A stretch of DNA of 34,029 bases from a virus (lineage: Duplodnaviria; Caudoviricetes). The notes below the pieces were generated by a model, which did not search any database, was not told the origin of the DNA, and saw nothing but the letters and a program-made list of their open reading frames with translations. A program made the translations under genes and the position numbers. The stretch covers positions 1-34,029 of IMG/VR virus record IMGVR_UViG_3300042807_000447; one strand, 5' to 3'. The number at the start of each line of letters is the position of its first letter. Position 1 is the first letter of the stretch. Positions 25,494 through 34,029 of the stretch are shown piece by piece.

Positions 25494-26762
25494 TTAATCT
25501 AACGCTAGGTCGCCGACAAGCAGCCACTCATCAGTACCAATTTTTACAACTGACGCAGTTGAGTATTGCGCACGTAGTTTTGCAGTCGGTGTCGCACGTA
25601 GTGTCACACCAGTGTCTGGCGCAACTGTTACCTGCCCTGCGCCGTACTGAAGAACGTCAACGCGTTGACCGATGCTAAATGCCTCGGCAGCGTTTGTTGG
25701 AATAAGAATCTGTGTTGCTGATCCGCTTGTGCATTTTAGCAGGTAGCCTGCATCTGCGGTGTCAAGCGTGTAGTTTGCTGACTTTGTTGAGATTGCCTGT
25801 GCAGTTGACCACGCACCTTCAGGCCCTGTTGGCCCTAGCGGTCCAGTTGGTCCTGTAACACTTGGTCCTGTTGGTCCAGTTGGACCAGTTGGACCAGTTA
25901 CAGTTGAAGCTGCGCCTGTCGCGCCGATAGGACCTGTAACTCCCGTTGGTCCCGTTGCTCCTGTCGGTCCTGTTGGACCTGTTGGTCCACCTGATGGTCC
26001 GGTTGGACCTTCAACACCAGTTGGTCCAGTTGCACCCGTTGGGCCTGTTATTCCTGGACCCGTAGGACCCGTAGGACCCGTGTCACCGACAAATGTGCCA
26101 GCATTTGCCCACTCGGAATTAAGATCAGACCAGATGTAAAGGTCTGTGCCAACAAGATACGCATCGCCGATGTTGCCAGTCGGATTATCAGACTGAAGAG
26201 ATGGCAAATCTAAATACGTGCCAAGAACGCTTACACCAGATCCTTGCGGTCCTGTTGGACCAGTAACACCTTGCGGACCAGCTAGCCCTGCTGGTCCTGT
26301 TGGACCAACAGGCGCGATGCTTGAAACAGTGCGAAAAGATGAACCTGTATAAACGTTAACATCGTCTGATGTACTGTCGATCCAGATGTCACCAACTTCT
26401 GGGAAACCTGGAGCTGTTGCCGCATATGTTAAGTTTGCGCGGCCTTCTTGCTCATAAGCAGCAGTTGCTGAAAATGCAGCAGTTGCAGTACTTGCAGCAA
26501 CGTAGATTTTGTCGCCAACCTGCATTGCAAATCTAAAAGTTTCAAAAGACTGGCCAACGCCAACAGTTAGGCTATTTACAATGTAAGCTCTTGCGTTTAC
26601 AGAACCTGGTGATTCTACAGGCTCGACGTATATTGTTGCACTGAGCTCGACTCCGCCGGTGTTAGCCACAATGACAGACGCGACGCACGTAACGTCAGCT
26701 GTAGCAAGTACAACACTGCTATTGGCTGCTGGAGTAGTAGCCCCAAGTCTTTTTACCGCCAT
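25494..26762 (-). CDS. Collagen-like fibre protein
   Basis: Extensive GPT repeats; C-terminal YTL...DAG...QYGAGQVT...LRAQYS...WLLVGDL domain typical of phage fibre ends. Confidence 0.8.
   Translation of the reverse strand: MAVKRLGATTPAANSSVVLATADVTCVASVIVANTGGVELSATIYVEPVESPGSVNARAYIVNSLTVGVGQSFETFRFAMQVGDKIYVAASTATAAFSATAAYEQEGRANLTYAATAPGFPEVGDIWIDSTSDDVNVYTGSSFRTVSSIAPVGPTGPAGLAGPQGVTGPTGPQGSGVSVLGTYLDLPSLQSDNPTGNIGDAYLVGTDLYIWSDLNSEWANAGTFVGDTGPTGPTGPGITGPTGATGPTGVEGPTGPSGGPTGPTGPTGATGPTGVTGPIGATGAASTVTGPTGPTGPTGPSVTGPTGPLGPTGPEGAWSTAQAISTKSANYTLDTADAGYLLKCTSGSATQILIPTNAAEAFSIGQRVDVLQYGAGQVTVAPDTGVTLRATPTAKLRAQYSTASVVKIGTDEWLLVGDLALD
25818..26308 (-). repeat. Collagen-like Gly-Pro-Thr coding repeats in two blocks
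   Basis: Interrupted (GPT)n tracts flanking a small globular insert. Confidence 0.9.
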
Positions 26763-26766
26763 GTCA

Positions 26767-27387
26767 TTACTCCAATGCTCGTAGTCGTGAGGCTAGTTCA
26801 TCTAAAGCGTCAGCAACAGTGGTCGGGACTGAATCCCAGTCTGCGCTTGTTGTAGGTGTGTAAAGATCGTCTGAACCTACACGCTCCCAGCCGGAAGTAG
26901 TCTTAACCTCAACGGCCTCGGTCTCTGTGTTAAATCTAACATAGCCTGTTTCTGCAGAAGTGCGACGCTCGGCGGTTGTTCCAGCGTCTAGATAGACAGT
27001 GTTGTCTGTGCCACGTATGACCTTGTTTGTAAAAGTCTGTGCGAGGTTGACAGGTAAAATACCGTCATCCTGCGGAATGCCGCTGCATGAAAACGAAGCC
27101 GTGTTTGTGCTAGAGCGAACATAAAGAGTGTCGCCAGCATTTACTGCAAACCTAAAGGTCTCGAAGGACTGCCCTACTGCAATTATTAAGTTTGAACATA
27201 TGTACGCATACTGCGTGGTTGTTTCTGCGTTTGCAGGTACAACCCATATTGTTACCTTTGTGATAGGTGTAGCAACGCTTGCCTTGTTGGCTGCAACGAC
27301 TGACACAAGATGAGCACCAGTGAAGTTTACAAGTGAAGAGTCAGTGTTAGCAGCGGGGTTGACAATTCCCAGTCGTGTAATTGGCAT
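26767..27387 (-). CDS. Putative virion structural protein; N-terminal domain paralogous to the downstream collagen protein
   Basis: Shares RLG...PAAN and the identical [11 protein letters not shown]; also has GTTAER...GYVRFNTET, a motif seen in phage fibre proteins. Confidence 0.7.
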   Translation of the reverse strand: MPITRLGIVNPAANTDSSLVNFTGAHLVSVVAANKASVATPITKVTIWVVPANAETTTQYAYICSNLIIAVGQSFETFRFAVNAGDTLYVRSSTNTASFSCSGIPQDDGILPVNLAQTFTNKVIRGTDNTVYLDAGTTAERRTSAETGYVRFNTETEAVEVKTTSGWERVGSDDLYTPTTSADWDSVPTTVADALDELASRLRALE

Positions 27388-27397
27388 TTGTCGTCTC

Positions 27398-30300
27398 CTA
27401 TGCTTGTGCTTCAGTCCATGTAAGCTTAGCGGATGTTAGTGTGTCGTTTCCTGTAAGACGAGAAACAGCGATTGTTACAATATCAGGACCGTCAGGGTAG
27501 ATTGAGTCTCCACCAAGGATTGAGTTTGAAAGCTCAAACAAGCTAGAAACGTCAACGCTAGTAGAGCCTTCTTGACCGCTCACACCGCCGGCGCCTTTAA
27601 AGTTGTAAACCTGAACTCCACCAGAGACTGTGTCAGCCGCCGTGTGCTCAACAATCTGAACTAGCGAAGGTGAATCTACGCCTTGGAAGTTTAGGTTGTT
27701 CAAACGTGGATTAAGAAGAAGCTTTACTTCAACAAGCTGTGTTGAGGAGATACCGACTTCTTTCAAACGTAGCTGCATTCGGTTGATAACGTCACGATCA
27801 CCAAGCTTACCTGTAAGACCAGACGATACCGATGGGCTCAAGCGTAGTGAAATCAAAGGCTGGTAGTTTGGACCAGATGTATTGTTTAGTGAGCCATTTG
27901 GATACAGGAAGTAGGTGTACTGAGTGTTGCCTTGGCCTGTAAAGTTGATGACCTCAGATACAACTCCGCCTGTCTGTGCGACTGCTGTCTGAGCGGTTCC
28001 AGCGGATGTGTACGTGAACGTTGTTGCGTTCGTTACTGTAATCGTGTACGCACCATTTGCACTTAGCAGGTTGGGGTTGTCAAGTCCGTAGATGCCAACG
28101 TAGTCACCACTTGATAAACCGTGATTAGTTGCTGTGACAATTGTTACGGTTGTGCTTGCGCGTGCGGCTGTTGCAACGCTTACGATAGGTGGTGCATCGT
28201 TTGGAATCAAGTGAATCAAGTTTGCTGAGTTCACAAGAACACGGTATAGCACTCCGTTTGTTAGCGTAGGTAGCGTGTTAGCCCCAACGATGGCAGTGGC
28301 AGGATGCTGGGCGTTATCACCACGTAGACCATTAGCGCCAATAGACTCGAATTGCACGATGTCGTTAGATCTAAATCCGTGAGTCTGCACTGTCATCAAG
28401 TCGTTTGAGAAGTTGATACCTGTAGCTGCGAATGACTTTGCGGTTGTGCCTTCAACATCAAGAGTCTGACTTGCTGCTGTGAACAGGTACGCGTTGTCAT
28501 CATCAAAGCGACCATCCATCATTACCGAGGTACCCCAGTGGAACAGGAACGGAATGTAGGTAGGGTTGTCGTAGGTAACTACCTCGTAGCGTGCTGGTAG
28601 GTTACCAGAGCGGAAGTATGATTCGTATAAGTTGTTGTTGTGAACAAACTCATGAACATACTGAACCTGACCATCACTAGTCTTAAATCCAAAGCGGATC
28701 TTACCAGCGCCGTACCAAGAGTAGTCGATATACGCCATCTGAATACGTGATAGATCTAGGTTATACCCTGTAGGACCTGAACCATCGCAAGGATCAATTG
28801 ACCAGTCGCCTTGCGCAACGCGGGTATCAACTGTCTTTGTCACGATGATACCTGACTTAGCAGGTGTGAATGAGTGTACTGTTGTTGTTCCTAGGCTTGA
28901 TAGGTTAACGTTGGTTTCTGCATCAGGTGAGGCAAGAAGCTTAAAGTTGTTGTTGTCAACAAGATCAACGTAGTACGTGCGTCCGTTAATTAGACCACCG
29001 ATCGCCTCGCCGTCAATAGAGTTGTAAGTGACTGGTAGAAGATCAGAGAAACCGTGACCAATAATCGTAAAGGTGTCTGCGGTAGTGTTTACTACACCAG
29101 TTGGGTTAAATTCCTTCTCTGTGCCAGATGAACCTTTGTACTCTGGGCGAACTGACATACGTGTATCAGAATCAATCTGAGTTACGCGGTATGACTGGCC
29201 GCGCATAACAACATAGTCACCGACGTCAAGCTGCGCACCAAACTTTGTACCTGTTCCAAAGATAAGTTCTGAACCTTGCTGAGCAGCAACTGTTCCAGCC
29301 ATCTGTTGCGTTGAAGAGCGACGAACAGCGTAGATTTCCTGACCATCAAACTCAAAGAACATACCGTTCTGGAAGTCAAACATACCAGTGCGAATAGCGC
29401 CGTTTGCCCATTCGCGGACGTAGAACTGCGGGAAGCCGTATGCCTTAGCCTCGGCACCCTCTGGGACAGTGACTGCTGGTGTAATGCGGAATGTTGTAAG
29501 AGAACCATCTGGGACAGTTACTTGGAAGGTTCCATTGTAGATTGTGCTTGGCACTCCCTGTGAGTCCTCTGCCTGACTGATTACAACGAATAGACCAGAG
29601 ATCAATCCGTGCGGACGTCGCGTTGTGCATGTGACTGTTGTTGAGCTAAATCGTTCCATTGACTCTAGATCAATTGATGGCTTGAAGTTAATACCGCAAG
29701 AAGTTTGTAGGCCCTTACCTGACTGGTAACGGAAGTACTTACGTGTTTGGCGAACAATCTGGCCAAGTGATGTACCTGTACCTACAGACATCTCGACGCC
29801 ACCATCAAATGGACGGTGCAAAGAATATCCTTCAGGGCGAACGTAGACGAACGTCGGGTAAGAATAACTTACTGCACTATACGCACTTGCGTAAGGACGG
29901 TCAACTGTGATCTGTGTGTCAGAGCCGATAGCAGCAATACGACGGATGATTGGGCCAACTGGCGCTGTTCTTGTTAGCGTGAACGCTGAGCCTGTTCCCT
30001 GTGTTGTAAAGTCAAGAGCTCCTGTGTTTCCGCTCGCGTCTGACGCAGAGTTGTGAAGTGTGATCTCCGTTGAACTTGCGCTGCGTACAAAGTAGTAGTA
30101 CTCGTTGACAAGAGGGCTAGGTGATACACCGCCACCTGCTGAGAACTTCACGCTGTCGCCTGTTGTAAAGCCGTGAGCAGATCCAAACACAATGCGGTTT
30201 GTTGTTGTGTTTACATCAGCAGCGGCAAATGTCTTAGTTAACGTGGTGTTCGGTGGGAAGATGCGGAAGCGGTCTCCTACCTTAAGGATCTTTGAGAACT

Positions 30301-33193
30301 GTGTACCAGTACCGTTTACAAGAACTGATCCTGCAGCAATGGTTACTGTACCACCACCAGTGACGTTTCCGTTGATCTGTGTAGAGGTGAAGCTGTGGCC
30401 CACACCAGTTCCAAAGTCAGTTACTGTAAGCGTAATACCAGCTGCGGCATTTTCTGCTGAAGTAGCTAATCGAATGTAGTCACGGTTGATTGTAACTACA
30501 TAGTAGTCAGTGTTATCTACAAGCCCTGAGATGTCAGTTGCAGCATCTCCTTGCGAATAAGTTACCGTGGTTCCAGTCGTAAAACCGTGTGATGGAATGA
30601 AGAATGAGCTCAGGTTTAGATCGATTGTCGAACGAGGGTTGAACGTCTTAGTGATAACCGGGACTAATCCTCGTGCTTCAACAGTAAATGTGTTAGTAGT
30701 TGGAACAGAGGTGATCGTGTAGACGCCGTCAGGTGTCTGGCTCAGTGACTGTAGCGTGTGTCGTCCAACACCTGCGGGCGTGTCAGTGATGTCAACAGCT
30801 GTTCCAGCTACTGCGTTCTCTGGAGTTGTTGCAAGCTTGATGTTGTCCTGGTCAATAAAGATCACGTAGTATGGTGTCGCAGTTGTTAGACCTGAAACTA
30901 CTGTTTGTCCGCGTGAGTCATACTGCACAAGCTCACCTTGAAGGAAGCCGTGTCCTGGAACTGTGATGATGTTGTTTGTGTAATCAAGCGAGGTAATAAC
31001 TAGTGACTGTGTGCCAGTTCCAGCTCCAGTGATGTTTGCAATAGTTGTTAGTGCCTTATTAGTGGCAAGTCGTACAATCGAGTTGTCTACCTTGATGATG
31101 TAGTAGGTTGCGTTGTTTGTTAGACCTGGAATGGTTGTTCCGCCACCATTGGAGTAGCGAACAGCCTGGCCAGACACAAGTCCATGGTTTGGAATATACA
31201 AAGTGTTTTCAGCAGGATCTACAGTTAAGAAGATAAAGCTGTGGTCTGTTCCAGTTCCAGCTGCTGTAAAGTTGATTGGTAGCGGAGCGTTTAGTGATAC
31301 CTTTAGTTTGATCTGATTTGCGTTTATCACCTCGGCAATGAAGTATGTTGCCTGATCTTGTAGAGGCTCAATTGCTGTTCCACCGCCAACATCATACTTG
31401 ATTGGTTGATCAACCAGGAAGCCGTGGTTGTTGATCGTTAGTGTATCAGTTGAGGTGTTGACAACTACCTTGCTTAGCGTTGAAGACGTGGACGTCTCAC
31501 GGGATGAAGGTGTTGTTAGGTTAATTGTTGTAAAGCTCGGGCTTGGCGTCGTGCTAAGACTATATGTCCAGTTATTTACCTTGTTGATGTAATAAATAGT
31601 TCCATTTGTAATTCCAAGTGGAGCTGTTCCATTGAAGTTTAGAACAACAGCCTCTCCAGAAGATAAACCGTGAGCTGATGCACTGTGGATTCTGTCGTTC
31701 TGAATGTCAAAGTTAACTGGGACAATAGCGTGGTAAGAACTTCCTGCTGGCTCGATCGCAATCTTGTTTGTGCCTGCTTCTGCGTCTGCAGCGGTAGGGT
31801 AGACTTCATTACCAGTTGTAAATGTAGAAACGATAGACATTGCAACGGAACCTTCACCAGTGTTGTATGAGGCAAGGTTTGTAATTGCAACACCATTGAA
31901 ACTTGAAGAACTGTTGTATTGTCCAGTCGATGTTGCTACGTTTGTTGCAGTAGGTGTTATGTACGAACCACCGCCGCCTCCTACTGCTTGTGCAGTAAAG
32001 TTTCTAGCTCCAGCTCCTCCAGAGTAACCACCGGCGCCGCCTGACTGACCCGCGGACTGCGCGTCGGATGTTCCTCCACCGCCAAATCCACCATTACCAC
32101 CAGTACGAGCGCCGTTGTCTGCGGCTGTTAGGCCGTCATTGAAGCCTCCGCCACCAGTTTCGCCCACCGTTGAGTTTCCACCGCGTGATGAGAATCCGCC
32201 TCCAGCGGCAGAGCGTCCACCAGTTGAAACACCACCTGAACCAGCAAGAGCTCCAGACGCACCGCCTGAACCAGCCCCTCCTAGTTCTGTGAGAACACCA
32301 TCTCGTCCTATTGTTGCGTTAGCTTCAGCAGAACCACCACCAGCAACAAACAAAGGCTCGTTTCCAGTTTTACGAACAACGAACGTTCCTCCACCGGAAC
32401 CACCGTAAATTCCACCGGCTGAAGGCGCTTCACCGACCTGTCCAACAGCGATGGTGATAATTTCACCTTTAGTCAAAGCAACTCTGCCTTGAACTGTTGC
32501 GCCTCTACCTACTCCGCCAGAACCAGAGCCATTGTAGCCAGAAGCGCCAGACACGGTGAATTGATAGATACCAGAGATTGGCACAGTCCAGTCTTGATAG
32601 CCTTGGAAAGCACCCTGTTGTAGATATGTTCCAGACCAAGCAGTGGCTCCTGTGTAAGCAGATCTCAATTGAGCAATTGTTGGGCCTACTCGACCTGTTA
32701 CTCCTGCTGTTGTAAATGTATGGGCGTTACTTGCTATGGTGTATAGAGCCTGTGTTCCCGTAAAGCCCGCTTCAACGTTCTTTAAGAAATATGTATTACC
32801 ACTAGTTAGACCCGTAAGAGGGGTTCCACTTGTGTAGTATTTGACAGCTTGATTTGACGCAGTTGATGCGCCAATATTGAGTTTTGTGTCATAGACAACA
32901 GGGGTATTAAGGGTAATAGTACCAGCAGCAGAACCTGTAATGTTTACTTCAACATCAGAAGCATCTCTTAGTTTTAACACGGAGTTACTTACTATCTCCG
33001 CGTATACAAGAGCTCCTTCTGAAATACCATCAACACTACCTACACCATCATTGTAAATATAGCTTGTGCCATCTACAATAGACGCAGGGATGTTGGCGTC
33101 TTTGAAGTAGATGTAATTGTCAACAGAATTGACACTAACTTTTCTAAAGGAGTGAGTGCCTGCTGCACCAGCGGCTGTAATGTTAATTGGCAT
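27398..33193 (-). CDS. Large (1931 aa) modular virion appendage protein with repeated beta modules and a glycine-rich domain
   Basis: Thr/Gly/Ser-rich; repeated HG[FL]xxGxxVxY...GL...YY[VI]...KLA modules; Gly-rich region after GYQDWTVP. Confidence 0.8.
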   Translation of the reverse strand: MPINITAAGAAGTHSFRKVSVNSVDNYIYFKDANIPASIVDGTSYIYNDGVGSVDGISEGALVYAEIVSNSVLKLRDASDVEVNITGSAAGTITLNTPVVYDTKLNIGASTASNQAVKYYTSGTPLTGLTSGNTYFLKNVEAGFTGTQALYTIASNAHTFTTAGVTGRVGPTIAQLRSAYTGATAWSGTYLQQGAFQGYQDWTVPISGIYQFTVSGASGYNGSGSGGVGRGATVQGRVALTKGEIITIAVGQVGEAPSAGGIYGGSGGGTFVVRKTGNEPLFVAGGGSAEANATIGRDGVLTELGGAGSGGASGALAGSGGVSTGGRSAAGGGFSSRGGNSTVGETGGGGFNDGLTAADNGARTGGNGGFGGGGTSDAQSAGQSGGAGGYSGGAGARNFTAQAVGGGGGSYITPTATNVATSTGQYNSSSSFNGVAITNLASYNTGEGSVAMSIVSTFTTGNEVYPTAADAEAGTNKIAIEPAGSSYHAIVPVNFDIQNDRIHSASAHGLSSGEAVVLNFNGTAPLGITNGTIYYINKVNNWTYSLSTTPSPSFTTINLTTPSSRETSTSSTLSKVVVNTSTDTLTINNHGFLVDQPIKYDVGGGTAIEPLQDQATYFIAEVINANQIKLKVSLNAPLPINFTAAGTGTDHSFIFLTVDPAENTLYIPNHGLVSGQAVRYSNGGGTTIPGLTNNATYYIIKVDNSIVRLATNKALTTIANITGAGTGTQSLVITSLDYTNNIITVPGHGFLQGELVQYDSRGQTVVSGLTTATPYYVIFIDQDNIKLATTPENAVAGTAVDITDTPAGVGRHTLQSLSQTPDGVYTITSVPTTNTFTVEARGLVPVITKTFNPRSTIDLNLSSFFIPSHGFTTGTTVTYSQGDAATDISGLVDNTDYYVVTINRDYIRLATSAENAAAGITLTVTDFGTGVGHSFTSTQINGNVTGGGTVTIAAGSVLVNGTGTQFSKILKVGDRFRIFPPNTTLTKTFAAADVNTTTNRIVFGSAHGFTTGDSVKFSAGGGVSPSPLVNEYYYFVRSASSTEITLHNSASDASGNTGALDFTTQGTGSAFTLTRTAPVGPIIRRIAAIGSDTQITVDRPYASAYSAVSYSYPTFVYVRPEGYSLHRPFDGGVEMSVGTGTSLGQIVRQTRKYFRYQSGKGLQTSCGINFKPSIDLESMERFSSTTVTCTTRRPHGLISGLFVVISQAEDSQGVPSTIYNGTFQVTVPDGSLTTFRITPAVTVPEGAEAKAYGFPQFYVREWANGAIRTGMFDFQNGMFFEFDGQEIYAVRRSSTQQMAGTVAAQQGSELIFGTGTKFGAQLDVGDYVVMRGQSYRVTQIDSDTRMSVRPEYKGSSGTEKEFNPTGVVNTTADTFTIIGHGFSDLLPVTYNSIDGEAIGGLINGRTYYVDLVDNNNFKLLASPDAETNVNLSSLGTTTVHSFTPAKSGIIVTKTVDTRVAQGDWSIDPCDGSGPTGYNLDLSRIQMAYIDYSWYGAGKIRFGFKTSDGQVQYVHEFVHNNNLYESYFRSGNLPARYEVVTYDNPTYIPFLFHWGTSVMMDGRFDDDNAYLFTAASQTLDVEGTTAKSFAATGINFSNDLMTVQTHGFRSNDIVQFESIGANGLRGDNAQHPATAIVGANTLPTLTNGVLYRVLVNSANLIHLIPNDAPPIVSVATAARASTTVTIVTATNHGLSSGDYVGIYGLDNPNLLSANGAYTITVTNATTFTYTSAGTAQTAVAQTGGVVSEVINFTGQGNTQYTYFLYPNGSLNNTSGPNYQPLISLRLSPSVSSGLTGKLGDRDVINRMQLRLKEVGISSTQLVEVKLLLNPRLNNLNFQGVDSPSLVQIVEHTAADTVSGGVQVYNFKGAGGVSGQEGSTSVDVSSLFELSNSILGGDSIYPDGPDIVTIAVSRLTGNDTLTSAKLTWTEAQA

Positions 33194-33202
33194 CTATATC
33201 TC

Positions 33203-34029
33203 CTAAATTAGTCCTGTGATTGAAATTGGATAACGGACAACTACAATTCCCGTTGCACCAGTTCTAGCGTTGCTTGGATCACTCCAAGAGTTTCCTCCAC
33301 CGCCTGAACCGCTGTTTGCAGCAGCAGTTCCGCCATCTCGGCTATCTCCCACAGATCCATTACCACCTGAACCTTGCCAAGCACCGGCGCCTCCAGGACC
33401 AGCAGTTCCGCTGTTTACAGAGCCGCCACCGCCACCACCGTAGCCTCCTCTACCACCTGTGGTAGAAGTGTATCCACCAGCGCCGCCTCCAGCTGCCCAG
33501 TGATACATAGTTCCAAGAATCGCGTTGCCTTGACCATTACCGCCCCAACCTAGTGAAGCGCCTTCGGTACCAGTGCTGGCTGATCCACCACCGCCACCGC
33601 CTTTTCTTTCTGATCCAGGAATTCCTGGGATACCTCTTGCACCTGCAAAACCTTGTCCAGCTGTACCAGCACCGCCAGTACCACCAGCATCTCCGTTGTC
33701 GCCACCGCCACCGCCAGAGCCACCAGCTTGACCTCCAGTAGAGCTAAATCCACCAGCGTGAGAACCTGCACCGCCGCCGCCGATAGCTGTTACACCGAAA
33801 GCTGAACTGTTGCCACCGTTTTGTCCAATACCACTAGCGTCTGCGCCAGTTCCGCCTAGACCTACCACGATTGGATAGGTTTGTGCAGCGAGAACTACAG
33901 TGCCTGTCAAATAACCTCCAGCACCACCACCGCCGCCGAGAGCACCACCACCACCGCCACCTGCAATAACCATGTACTCTGCTGGACCTAAGTTTCCAGG
34001 ATTAGTTACAACAAACGAAGAGCTACCAC
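33203..34029 (-). CDS. Glycine-rich virion-associated protein (5' truncated by the window edge)
   Basis: The frame stays open to the window end (GSSSFVVTNPGNLGPAEYMVIAGGGGGG); ends in GATGIVVVRYP, typical of phage Gly-rich domains. Confidence 0.8.
   Translation of the reverse strand, partial: GSSSFVVTNPGNLGPAEYMVIAGGGGGGALGGGGGAGGYLTGTVVLAAQTYPIVVGLGGTGADASGIGQNGGNSSAFGVTAIGGGGAGSHAGGFSSTGGQAGGSGGGGGDNGDAGGTGGAGTAGQGFAGARGIPGIPGSERKGGGGGGSASTGTEGASLGWGGNGQGNAILGTMYHWAAGGGAGGYTSTTGGRGGYGGGGGGSVNSGTAGPGGAGAWQGSGGNGSVGDSRDGGTAAANSGSGGGGNSWSDPSNARTGATGIVVVRYPISITGLI

Noticed and set aside
1-34029. Restriction-site avoidance as supporting evidence for DNA modification
   Set aside because: GATC, CCGG and GGCC all occur; meaningful depletion statistics need k-mer counting that I could not run.

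Overview
A 34-kb segment of a tailed dsDNA phage that most likely infects Actinobacteria (it carries a WhiB gene). It has three blocks. (1) Bases 1-7042 (+) hold the tail module: tape-measure C-terminus, distal tail protein, hub-like tail protein, and a repeat-rich fibre with a collagen segment and an S74 chaperone. (2) Bases 7107-23524 (+) hold replication and recombination genes (family A polymerase, RuvC-like nuclease, SNF2 helicase, Cas4-like exonuclease, Sak4-like ATPase, SSB) interleaved with what looks like a cytosine-hypermodification system. That system comprises a thymidylate-synthase homologue with the dCMP-specifying Asp, an NMP kinase fused to a UDG-fold domain, a dCMP deaminase, two tandem paralogous GT-B-like proteins, an all-alpha dNTP pyrophosphatase, a DUF6378-like protein and a DenV-like glycosylase. 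It also includes a C5-cytosine methyltransferase homologue with intact catalytic motifs but a rewritten SAM pocket, including the motif X Asn-to-Lys change known to confer carboxymethyltransferase activity in engineered enzymes. (3) Bases 23466-34029 (-) form a convergent block of virion appendage genes (Gly-rich proteins, a 1931-aa repeat protein, a collagen-like fibre, a CBM-like protein) ending in a GT2-TPR glycosyltransferase. No rRNA, tRNA, CRISPR array, integrase or transposase was recognised. All calls come from motif reading by eye; no database searches were run.
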